Source of the DNA: Candidatus Hodarchaeota archaeon
GTDB taxonomy: Archaea; Asgardarchaeota; Heimdallarchaeia; Hodarchaeales; Hodarchaeaceae
Assembly (NCBI GenBank): GCA_029856365.1
Contig: JAHQWW010000031.1
Coordinates: forward strand, 1 to 30,559
Length of the DNA stretch: 30,559 nucleotides
Direction of reading: 5' to 3'
Within the stretch, counting starts at the first letter, position 1; every line of letters begins with the position of its first letter. The position numbers and the translations under genes are program-made. Below the pieces are notes generated by a model, which saw only the letters and a program-made list of their open reading frames with translations, did not search any database and was not told where the DNA came from. This document shows positions 9,350 through 18,236 of the stretch, in pieces.

Positions 9350-11425
9350 TTATAATTGATCATTCAAATATTGATCTATTTCTGTTCCAGTTTTCAAAGG
9401 AAGAGAACAAGTAAAGTTTCTACAGATGTATGTGGTACCATTAAACCAGTCTTGATTATCCTGTGAAATAAGCCTTTGTTTGAGGAGGGGAAGGTTCTTT
9501 AAGTCATTAATAGTATTTGCCTTTACTTGGAGAAAAACTGCTTGAGGTAGATATGTGGTACGTAGGTATTTCTCTGTAGAATCTGATTCTTCTTCTGTAC
9601 TAGCTGTGAAAGAAATAATTTCGGTAACTTTATTGTGAAACATATCCAAAGCGATAAGAGTATCACCACTTAAGTAACCATGTTCTTGGAACCAACCGAT
9701 TAAAAAATAAACCTGTTTCTCCGCTCTATCTAAATAAGTATCATTACCTGAATAATGATACAATCGAAGAAGATTCTCAAGGCTTACTGCGTTTGCACTA
9801 GGAAGTGAAAAAGATATTACTGGTTTTTCTTGGACAGATAAATCCTTTTGCCAGCTCCCACTAAAGAAATACCCTTTATTTTCTGAATCCCAGAATTCCT
9901 TGTCATAAATGGCTTGCAGCTGGATTGCTTCATCTAGGTAGATTTTCTTTCCAGATCTTGAGAATAGCTCTAATAGTGCATATATCAATAGAGCATAATC
10001 TTCAGCAAAAGCCAAAGACTTTACTTTATCCCGAAAATTGCGATATAATTTTCCTGAATCTTCTCGCAACCGATTAAGAATGAAATTGGTGGCTTTTTCG
10101 GCTAGAACTAAATACATGGGTTCATTTAATATGAAGGAGGCTCTGGTTAACGCATGTATGGTCAATGCATTCCAAGCAACGATCATGTTGTCATTCAACA
10201 TTGGTTTTTTACGTTTTTCCCGATGTAAAAACAGCCTATGCTTCAGTTGTTTGACTTCATTCCAGGTTATTTCCTTTCCAATAGCAGAAGTTAGCTCAGA
10301 TGTTTCATGGAGAACAGAATATCCACCTTCAAAGTTACCATCTCTCGTTACTCCATAATATTCAGCAAATTTATCTCCCATATCACCCAGAATATTATTG
10401 ATTTCATGTGGCGTCCAAACAAAAAAACTCCCCTCAACTCCCTCTGAATCAGCATCTTGAGACGAATAAAACCCTCCATACAGCGGATGAACCATTTCAC
10501 GAGTAAGATATTCAATGATTTCTCGAGCTATTTCAGCATAACCTTGATTTTGTGTCGCTTGATAAGCTTCTAAATATAGTAGAATCAGTTGTGCATTATC
10601 ATAGAGCATTTTCTCGAAATGAGGAATTAACCATTTCCGATCAACTGAATACCTGTGAAAACCGTAACCTAAGTGGTCATAAATCCCTCCAGCTGCCATA
10701 TTATTAAGAGTTAAGGTAACAGGTTTAAGGAACTCGCGATTTTTTTGGCGACGATAATAGGAAAGAAGTAAGAAACGAAGATCACTAACCTGAGGAAATT
10801 TCGGTTGGAAACCAAATCCCCCAAAGATTTCATCGACTTCATCTATTAATCGGATCATTGATGAATCAAGGATGTCACTTAACATTGAAGTATCGTTAGT
10901 ACCTTGCACAGAAGATTGAGTGTTTAGATTTGAGAGAACATGTTGAGTTACTTCTTGAATCTGTCGAGGGTTCTTGTGATATTCACTTGAAACATATTGA
11001 ATGACTTGTTTAAAACTTGGAAGACCATAAGTGGCATTTTTAGGAAAATAAGTTCCTCCTGCAAAAGCTTCCCCTGTAGGAGTAGCAAAAACGGTTAAAG
11101 GCCAGCCAGCTCTCCCCGATAAAAGAGAAACTGCTTTCTGGTAAAATGAGTCTAGATCAGGTCGTTCTTCTCTATCTATTTTGATATTAATGAATAATTC
11201 ATTCATTAACGCTGCGGTCTCTGAATCTTCGAATGATTCCTTTTCCATAACATGACACCAATGACATGCCGCGTATCCTATTGAAAGTAGTAATGGTTTT
11301 TTTTCTTGTTTTGCTTTAACCAATCCCTTTTTCCAAGGATACCACTCCACTGGATTATGCATGTGCTGCAGCAGGTACGGACTGGTTTCATTTACTAAAT
11401 GATTGGTGCGTTTTTTATTCCCCAT
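9350..11425 (-). CDS. Thioredoxin-domain protein, YyaL/SPATA20 family
   Basis: [67 protein letters not shown] and C.NFTCSLP. Confidence 0.95.
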   Translation of the reverse strand: MGNKKRTNHLVNETSPYLLQHMHNPVEWYPWKKGLVKAKQEKKPLLLSIGYAACHWCHVMEKESFEDSETAALMNELFINIKIDREERPDLDSFYQKAVSLLSGRAGWPLTVFATPTGEAFAGGTYFPKNATYGLPSFKQVIQYVSSEYHKNPRQIQEVTQHVLSNLNTQSSVQGTNDTSMLSDILDSSMIRLIDEVDEIFGGFGFQPKFPQVSDLRFLLLSYYRRQKNREFLKPVTLTLNNMAAGGIYDHLGYGFHRYSVDRKWLIPHFEKMLYDNAQLILLYLEAYQATQNQGYAEIAREIIEYLTREMVHPLYGGFYSSQDADSEGVEGSFFVWTPHEINNILGDMGDKFAEYYGVTRDGNFEGGYSVLHETSELTSAIGKEITWNEVKQLKHRLFLHREKRKKPMLNDNMIVAWNALTIHALTRASFILNEPMYLVLAEKATNFILNRLREDSGKLYRNFRDKVKSLAFAEDYALLIYALLELFSRSGKKIYLDEAIQLQAIYDKEFWDSENKGYFFSGSWQKDLSVQEKPVISFSLPSANAVSLENLLRLYHYSGNDTYLDRAEKQVYFLIGWFQEHGYLSGDTLIALDMFHNKVTEIISFTASTEEESDSTEKYLRTTYLPQAVFLQVKANTINDLKNLPLLKQRLISQDNQDWFNGTTYICRNFTCSLPLKTGTEIDQYLNDQL

Positions 11426-11539
11426 AGAGAACCCAACTGACTTGATCGATCATTTCTAGTTGGGAATAAAAAGGTGAACGTTCTCAATCTCGAAAAATAA
11501 GCTAAAGAGAAGGCATTCGTATCTTAAGTCATGATTCTT

Positions 11540-12643
11540 TCATTTAATAGGACATTCTAGAGTATCTGTACCACGTATGGTTTTATAACAAGAGTTGCAG
11601 CTCACACATAAGGCTGGAGAGAGATCACCACTCTTCCATCGGTTAGGAAGATCAGGCTCGAAAATTAACGGCCTACTTAACGATATAAAATTAGCTATCC
11701 CCTCTTGGATAAACCTCTCTGCTGATAATGGATTTCTGATCCCCCCCATAAGGATAATTGTACAATCATTTGTAATCTCTCGTATTTCTTCCGCAGCGGG
11801 TAGAAAATAGTTTTCATCTTCAGGGGATTCGATTACAACGCTAGGAAAGAATTTATCAGTATCTACAAGATCACCACACCCACCACTAGGTTCGATAGCA
11901 TCAAAACCAGTTTCTGATACAACCTTAGCAATTTCTTTCCCTTCATCCAAAGCTAAACCACCAGCTAAATCCCCATCATGTGTTTGCAATTTAATAGTTA
12001 TCGGAAAATCTTTCCCTACTTCGTCCTTCAGGCCATCAAAAATGTCTACTAAAATTTTTGTACGATTTGGAATACTTCCACCAAATTCATCAGTCCGCTT
12101 ATTAATAAAAGGAGTTAAAAAACTACCCAACAAATATCCGTGAGCAGCGTGTAATTGTACCATATCATATCCACTCTCAAAAGCTCTCCGACCACAATCT
12201 ACAAATAGTTTGATGATATCTATTTTAATTTCTTCCGTAGTCAATGCCCGGGGAACTCGTCCCGTTATAGGATATGGAATTGATGATGGTGCGACTGCTT
12301 CAAGCCTTCTATTCCCGCTTTGACGGCCTGTGTGAACAATTTGAGCAGATATTTTCACATTATAATCATGGACTGCCTCAACTAACTTTTTATGACTTAC
12401 AATGAATTCATCATTGTAGAGACAGGTAGCATTCTTCGTTAGGGTGCTCGAAGGATCAACTGCAATCCCCCCTGTGATAATCAGTCCGACTCCACCTTCG
12501 GATAGGCCAGTATAGAGGTTAATAAGCTGCTCACTCGGATGTCCATCCTCCGCCATATTCTCAGCTGTTGCTGATCTTATAATTCGATTTTTGATTAAGA
12601 CATTTCCAATTTTTTGGGGACTAAAAAGAGTCTTTAATTCCAT
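11540..12643 (-). CDS. NADH:flavin oxidoreductase (Old Yellow Enzyme-like)
   Basis: KNRIIRSAT, GGVGLIITG, HAAHGYL, NKRTDEFGGS..NR, SRPLIFEPDL and C-terminal CVSCNSC. Confidence 0.93.
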   Translation of the reverse strand: MELKTLFSPQKIGNVLIKNRIIRSATAENMAEDGHPSEQLINLYTGLSEGGVGLIITGGIAVDPSSTLTKNATCLYNDEFIVSHKKLVEAVHDYNVKISAQIVHTGRQSGNRRLEAVAPSSIPYPITGRVPRALTTEEIKIDIIKLFVDCGRRAFESGYDMVQLHAAHGYLLGSFLTPFINKRTDEFGGSIPNRTKILVDIFDGLKDEVGKDFPITIKLQTHDGDLAGGLALDEGKEIAKVVSETGFDAIEPSGGCGDLVDTDKFFPSVVIESPEDENYFLPAAEEIREITNDCTIILMGGIRNPLSAERFIQEGIANFISLSRPLIFEPDLPNRWKSGDLSPALCVSCNSCYKTIRGTDTLECPIK

Positions 12644-12797
12644 TTTTCTATCTCTTCTTAATTAATAGATATTTTTCGATAAATTCATAAGTAAAATATA
12701 TGTTTTCAGAGTACTGAGTAACAAGAAAGAAAAATTTATCCAAAACAATAATATTTATTGGAGTAGATAATAAGGATAAACAACTACGGTGGTTTGA

Positions 12798-13973
12798 ATG
12801 GGAAAAGTAGATGATATTGTCATCGTTGGTGTTGGAGCAATGGGAAAAGGCATTGCTCAAGTTTGTTTATTGGCAGGGTACAACGTCACCTTGATGGATA
12901 TTGAAGCTAAAATCATTGAAAATGCTATCTCCTATATCGAGAAAGGATTGAATAAGCTCGAAAAAAAAGGAAAATTACCTGAAGAAATGAAATCTGCAGA
13001 CATATTGGCGAAAATGAAAAAAACTACTAATCTTATTGAAGCTGTTCAAGACGCTGATTTTGTTATTGAAGCTATAATTGAAAAATTAGATGCCAAACGG
13101 AAAGTCTGTAGTGATATTATTGATAATTCTCCTGATCACTGTATCTTCGCTTCCAATACGTCAAGCATTCGGATTACAGATATTGCTGAGGGGTGTGGTA
13201 AACCAGAAAATGTCATTGGAATGCATTTCTTCAACCCTGCGCCTTTAATGCGTTTGATTGAGATAATCGCTGGAGAAAAAAGCTCAAAAAAGGCTATGAA
13301 CATCGGTGTTGAAGTAGGAGAGAGTTTGCCGTGCTTGAGAGGAGATCGTTATGTTCCACGAGTACTGAAAGACAATCCAGGATTTATTGTTAATCGTGTG
13401 TTAGCTCCTGGAAGGATCTATTCAGACTACATTTACGATCTCGCAGACGAGAAAGGCATACCGTGGGAGCAAGTAGATGCTGATATATCAGATCCTGCAG
13501 CACCAATGAGCACATTGGTTCTAGCAGATTTTGTAGGACGTGATGTTTCACTTCATACGGCAGAATATTATAGAGAAACTCTATCCTCTGATTTTAAACC
13601 TGGTAAAGTGCTCAAAAGACAGGTTGTAGAAGGAAAATTAGGTAAAAAAACAGGTCAGGGCTTCTATAATTGGTCAAAAGGCAGACCGGAACCAGATCTT
13701 TCAAAAAAAGCAGGAATTGTTAACCAATTGGTCTTTAAAGCAATTCAAGCCAATGAAGGTTGTCGAATTTTAGAAGAAGGGGTTTGTAAAAGTTGGAAAG
13801 TGATCGATGAAGCAATATTAGCAGGAATGAATTTCCCAGGCCCGATGAAATCTGCTACAAAAAATTATAGACAAATGGCTGAACTCCTAGAGGAATATTC
13901 AGAAAAACTTGGTAAATCTTATTTAAAACCTGTTGAACTGCTGAAATCTGGAAAATTTATTGACATGGAATAA
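12798..13973 (+). CDS. 3-hydroxyacyl-CoA dehydrogenase
   Basis: GVGAMGKGIA Rossmann motif, IEAIIE, ASNTSS, GMHFFNPA, PGFIVNRV, GKLGKKTGQGFY, plus a second C-terminal helical domain. Confidence 0.93.
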   Translation: MGKVDDIVIVGVGAMGKGIAQVCLLAGYNVTLMDIEAKIIENAISYIEKGLNKLEKKGKLPEEMKSADILAKMKKTTNLIEAVQDADFVIEAIIEKLDAKRKVCSDIIDNSPDHCIFASNTSSIRITDIAEGCGKPENVIGMHFFNPAPLMRLIEIIAGEKSSKKAMNIGVEVGESLPCLRGDRYVPRVLKDNPGFIVNRVLAPGRIYSDYIYDLADEKGIPWEQVDADISDPAAPMSTLVLADFVGRDVSLHTAEYYRETLSSDFKPGKVLKRQVVEGKLGKKTGQGFYNWSKGRPEPDLSKKAGIVNQLVFKAIQANEGCRILEEGVCKSWKVIDEAILAGMNFPGPMKSATKNYRQMAELLEEYSEKLGKSYLKPVELLKSGKFIDME

Positions 13974-13990
13974 AATCCATTAACATCTGA

Positions 13991-14566
13991 CTACACTATT
14001 TTAATCAAATCGCTTCTTGTTAATGTCACACTTCTTCTTGTTCCAGGAGAATTCGCTAAGTGCCATATGGTGTACTGCTCAGCATAAACTTCACTCGCAG
14101 ATATACCATCAATTGGTACAATGACTTCTAGCTGTCTCTGTGCTGCCCCTGTAGCAGTATGTAACACAGCTCCGTGGGCTGACGTCCCTACGATTATAAC
14201 CTTCGAAATATTTTTTGTTATTAAAATCTTCTCTAAATCTGTCTTGTAGAATTTATCTACTCCTGCTTTTACAATGGGCTCATTTCCTTGAGGTTTGACT
14301 TCTTTTCGAATATCTTCAGGAGTTGAAGATCTTATTAAAGCGTAAACAACAAAAAGATCCTTTTCTCTTGCCTTTAAGAGTAATTTCTGTACCTTTGGGA
14401 GGCTAGAGACGCATCTGGGTCTTCTTTGTTGATTACAGTTCAAGTTCTGAAAATCCAGTACGAGTAATGCTGCTGATTTTGCATCAACAGTCACCTCTTC
14501 TAGTTTTGGTGGTATTGGGGTTTCTATATTGTTCCATTCTTCAATTATTGTCTGGTTATGTACCAT
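13991..14566 (-). CDS. Isochorismatase/cysteine-hydrolase family protein lacking the catalytic Cys
   Basis: ALLVLDFQ (Asp), VK...DKFYKTDLE (Lys) and GTSAHGAVLHTA, where Ala occupies the usual Cys position. Confidence 0.85.
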   Translation of the reverse strand: MVHNQTIIEEWNNIETPIPPKLEEVTVDAKSAALLVLDFQNLNCNQQRRPRCVSSLPKVQKLLLKAREKDLFVVYALIRSSTPEDIRKEVKPQGNEPIVKAGVDKFYKTDLEKILITKNISKVIIVGTSAHGAVLHTATGAAQRQLEVIVPIDGISASEVYAEQYTIWHLANSPGTRRSVTLTRSDLIKIV

Positions 14567-14773
14567 ATACGAAGTCTCACATAGTCTCTATAAAATTCTT
14601 TCCTAAAGAAAACCAGTCTGATATAAAATCAGCTAGTAAAAAACATGGAGTACTCCTATGCATCCCAAATCATAGTCTTTTTAAAAATATTAAACAGAGT
14701 TTGTGACTATTACAAGCATAATTTTCCAGTTTCTGATATCAATGTCGTTTTATTTCCATGTTTTAAGGTGAAA

Positions 14774-15742
14774 ATGATGAGTGATGAAGCATATGTTAGA
14801 AAGTTTGGTTTTCGCTCCTTTGAGGGCACTCTTCGAGGAAGAGTATGGCGTGTATGGGCAGTAGCTTGGTTCAACATGACCCATCAATGGCATCGTTCAC
14901 GAGTTTTTAAAATACTCATTTTTTTCACTATTTTTATCTTAATCATTCCCAATATGTTTCTTTTTGTTGGAATAGACGAGTTATTAAATACAAGGACAGC
15001 AAATGAGATTTTAGAGGATCATTTATGGAATACCGTCCGTGATTTCGCCCGATTCCAAGTTATGATAACCTCTCCCGATGAAACAGACCCTACATTTGAT
15101 ACTGGGTACTCAATTATCATGTTAATAGGCGTTATCATGATGGGAGCGGGATTACTCTCAGATGATTTGAAATACAAAGTTTCTGAGATCTATGACTCAA
15201 AAATAGATAGATCTGAATATTTGTTAGGAAAATATAGCTCGCTCCTTATTTTTGGAAATCTTTTCTATACTTTTCCATGTGCTTTAGAATGGAGTTTGTT
15301 AGTTGTAGGAATTAGTGGTGCTGTTGACATTGTTGCAGCTCTTCCAGTACTTTGTGGAGTAATTATATTTACTGAGATTTTATCGTTGGTTCTCTCAAGT
15401 ATTATTCTTGTATTTTCTTCTCTTACCCAACGACGATTATATGCAGGACTTCTCGCATTTATGTTTTTCCTATCCAGTACAATTGTTGTTCAATCACTTA
15501 CTGGACAAACAGAAGTTTTTGAGCCAATTATGTATTTAGATTTCTTCACCGTTCTCTCTGTTTTTTCTTACATATTAGCTGGAAAAACTAGCGTTATCTA
15601 TTACTCTTCTGGACCAGAAGGAATAGTTCTTGATCTCAATGGAATAGCTGGAACGTTTGTTATCCCTGCAATCATATTATTTATTGTGGGAGGGCTTCTG
15701 ATATGCAGTTATCAAGTAATATGGCGAAATTCCCACATATGA
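14774..15742 (+). CDS. ABC-2-type transporter permease-like membrane protein (no ATPase adjacent)
   Basis: GAGLLSDDL...IYDSKIDRSEYLLGK motif and about 6 TM helices. Start placed at ATGATG 14774, after AGGTGA, rather than 14645. Confidence 0.75.
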   Translation: MMSDEAYVRKFGFRSFEGTLRGRVWRVWAVAWFNMTHQWHRSRVFKILIFFTIFILIIPNMFLFVGIDELLNTRTANEILEDHLWNTVRDFARFQVMITSPDETDPTFDTGYSIIMLIGVIMMGAGLLSDDLKYKVSEIYDSKIDRSEYLLGKYSSLLIFGNLFYTFPCALEWSLLVVGISGAVDIVAALPVLCGVIIFTEILSLVLSSIILVFSSLTQRRLYAGLLAFMFFLSSTIVVQSLTGQTEVFEPIMYLDFFTVLSVFSYILAGKTSVIYYSSGPEGIVLDLNGIAGTFVIPAIILFIVGGLLICSYQVIWRNSHI

Positions 15743-15766
15743 TTGTCTATGTTCAATTATTGCTTA

Positions 15767-16222
15767 TTATTCTGTAATCTTGGAAAGGATACTCTTCTCT
15801 TCAATAAACCTTTGAAGAGAAATCTTCAAAGGAGGATCTTCTATTAAGGATAAAGCTTCCTCTGGGAACACCCACCGATAATCATCATGTTCAGTAGAGA
15901 GAATAATTTTATCAGATGTGGTTTTACACCAGTAAGTAATAACAATCATTTCGTTATCGGCAATTTTAACTCCTCGAAAGTAATATGACGCATCTATTGG
16001 CTTAACAATTTTTACATTATTTATTCCAGTTTCTTCTTGCACCTCCCTCCGTAAGGTCTCCTCAGGAGTTTCAAACTGGCGCATCCGCCCACCAACATCA
16101 TCCCACTGGTCACTTGCAAAATCTATTGATGGATTTCTATGTAGAAGAAGGATCTTTCCAGATCTAGAATGTTCAATAATAGCCCCGATACCAATCGAAA
16201 ATTTTCCTTCTTTAACAGACAT
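15767..16222 (-). CDS. Nudix hydrolase
   Basis: Nudix box GGRMRQFETPEETLRREVQEETGI; LSTEHDDYRWV. Confidence 0.93.
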   Translation of the reverse strand: MSVKEGKFSIGIGAIIEHSRSGKILLLHRNPSIDFASDQWDDVGGRMRQFETPEETLRREVQEETGINNVKIVKPIDASYYFRGVKIADNEMIVITYWCKTTSDKIILSTEHDDYRWVFPEEALSLIEDPPLKISLQRFIEEKSILSKITE

Positions 16223-16227
16223 GACAC

Positions 16228-17388
16228 TTACCTTTTGTTAAGCTCTTCAGATGAACCTTGCTTAAGTTTTTCAGTATAATCTAAAAATTCCATTAAATAA
16301 TAATCTTTGAATTCAGCGTTCTTTATTCTGTTATGAATTTGTTGAACATTGTTTTCTAATATCTCACTTACAATGTAGTTCCTTCCACATTCAATTGCAG
16401 CTTTGGCAACTGTACCTGTTCCTGCTAGTGGGTCATAAACACAACCTGGAGATGAACTATCAGATTCTAAAGCTGTACCACAAGCACAAAGGATTTTAAG
16501 TGTGAGTTTTGGGTAATAGTTCTCCACTAAAGGATCAAATATAGGTTTCCCACATTTTTTACACACTTTCCTTGGGCAAGTAGCAGTCAAAATACGTAGT
16601 ACAAGTTTTGTGGGAAAGGGAGCAAAATGCTTCCCAGAGTATCCTGTAGTATTAATTGTCCAAATTGTTGGGTAAATAACAAAAGGTATTTCCTCTGGTT
16701 GTATATTTATAGGCCAAACACTCCGCATTAACTTCCCCAAGGGATGATACCTTTTTGTCCTTTGTTTTCCTCGTAAGCTTAATGCTTCATGCATTCCTAC
16801 GCTTTTTTTACTGTTTAAATCTAACAAATCAGCCTTACTTGACTTACCTATTAAAGAAAGGTTATCTTTCTCAATCCATTCATGAGGAAGACGTTGAGTA
16901 ACAAAATAATATTGTGGATCCTTCACAAACCATAGAAGCCGTTCATAATCGACTCCAAAGCGACTTGAAACCCCACCACTAGGTCTAGCGTTTGGTTTAT
17001 ACCATATAATGTCATTTCGACAAATCCATTGGTATTTGTAAATCATAGTTGTTTTGAAAAGCTCAGGAATGGCTGCTAAACTCAAAGGATCTAATTGGGG
17101 CTGTTTTGATATTCTTTTCATTTTATTACTAATGAAATTATCTGCAACGTTGACCCAGAGTGATCCATAATCCTTAAGCTTAAGTTTTAGCTTGTTGAAG
17201 AGAAGACAGATTTTCTCAATATATTCCTGTGGAGTACTTTCCTGTCCTAATTCATTTTCAGATTCACTATATCGTAATTGACGCCAATAAGGTGGACTTG
17301 TGATCACGGTATCAATGGAGCTATTAGGAAGTTTGTTTATGAGTTCGAACGCATCTCCATGAAGAACTTTATTATGAACTTTAAAAAT
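16228..17388 (-). CDS. Orphan DNA methyltransferase (N4-cytosine/N6-adenine, beta-class order) with a Cys-rich insertion
   Basis: HGDA...SIDTVITSPPYW near the N-terminus, IIWYKPN, HFAPFP and YDPLAGTGT near the C-terminus; CPRKVCKKC...CAC insert. The conserved N-terminus extends upstream of the GTG at 17307, so the start is uncertain. Confidence 0.88.
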   Translation of the reverse strand: MFKVHNKVLHGDAFELINKLPNSSIDTVITSPPYWRQLRYSESENELGQESTPQEYIEKICLLFNKLKLKLKDYGSLWVNVADNFISNKMKRISKQPQLDPLSLAAIPELFKTTMIYKYQWICRNDIIWYKPNARPSGGVSSRFGVDYERLLWFVKDPQYYFVTQRLPHEWIEKDNLSLIGKSSKADLLDLNSKKSVGMHEALSLRGKQRTKRYHPLGKLMRSVWPINIQPEEIPFVIYPTIWTINTTGYSGKHFAPFPTKLVLRILTATCPRKVCKKCGKPIFDPLVENYYPKLTLKILCACGTALESDSSSPGCVYDPLAGTGTVAKAAIECGRNYIVSEILENNVQQIHNRIKNAEFKDYYLMEFLDYTEKLKQGSSEELNKR

Positions 17389-17400
17389 AGCGAAACACCT

Positions 17401-17811
17401 CTATCTGAGGAAACCTTGTTTTAATTTTGATACTAATGTAGAATCTTCCTTAAGACGTTCTCGTTGCGCTCCAAACACAATGTTGTCATTAAACCATCGT
17501 GGTAAGACATGAAAATGTGTATGGAAGATCTCTTGGAGTGCAGCTCTTTCATTTCCCTGAAAAATATTGATCCCATCACAATGAAGTACTTGTTTGAGAA
17601 CCTTTGCCACGCGACTAACTGAAATCCCAACTGCTGACATATCATCAGGGTGAATGTCAAACAGATTCTTTGAATGATTTTTGGGTATTACAAGGGTGTG
17701 CCCTGTAGCTATAGGATAAATATCTAGAATAGCAATGGTCTTTTCATCCTCAAAAATACGAATCCCAGGTTTTTTGCCATTGATAATGTCACAGAAAATG
17801 CAGTCTGTCAT
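17401..17811 (-). CDS. HIT family nucleotide hydrolase
   Basis: MTDCIFCDI, LDIYP...GHTLVIPKNH, FHTHFHVLPR. Start moved to ATG 17811 to avoid overlap with the J-domain gene. Confidence 0.93.
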   Translation of the reverse strand: MTDCIFCDIINGKKPGIRIFEDEKTIAILDIYPIATGHTLVIPKNHSKNLFDIHPDDMSAVGISVSRVAKVLKQVLHCDGINIFQGNERAALQEIFHTHFHVLPRWFNDNIVFGAQRERLKEDSTLVSKLKQGFLR

Positions 17812-17831
17812 TAGTAATCCCATCTGAACGG

Positions 17832-18208
17832 TTATTGACTCTTTTTTTTCATTTTTTGTTTTTTCAAGTTTTCTAACATTTTTGCTATCTTTGACATCCA
17901 ATAATGCTCATATTTTACTTCAAATGGATCCATATCTGCTTTAATACGTCCATCCCTTTGCCATTCATAGAACCAATTTAACTCATCCGCGAATTCTGAT
18001 TCAAAGGTTTTTGGTGTTTCTCCCAATGATTCCAAAATAATTTCATAGGCCGAATAAATTTCTTGGAATTGATGAGTAGCATTTTCGTCATCATTAACAT
18101 CTGGGTGAAATTTCTTAGCTATCATCGAAACTGAATTTTTATACTTTGTACATCTGTTGGGTAAGTCAACTCCAATAAATCATATGCTTCGTGGATTGAC
18201 ATCTTCAT
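17832..18208 (-). pseudogene. Small J-domain (DnaJ-type) protein split by a single-base frameshift near 18125
   Basis: 18122-18208 encodes MKMSIHEAYDLLEL...IKIQFR*; the -1 frame continues MIAKKFHPDVN...FQEIYSAYEIL. Together they form one J-domain with its HPD motif. Confidence 0.8.
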
Positions 18209-18236
18209 GAAATAAGAGTCCTTTTAGATGTTTCAA

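Noticed and set aside
16228-17388. Complete restriction-modification system or prophage
   Set aside because: No endonuclease, integrase or viral structural gene nearby.
4274-18128. Programmed -1 ribosomal frameshifting at the two split genes
   Set aside because: There is no canonical slippery heptamer or evident stimulatory structure at either site; indels are simpler.
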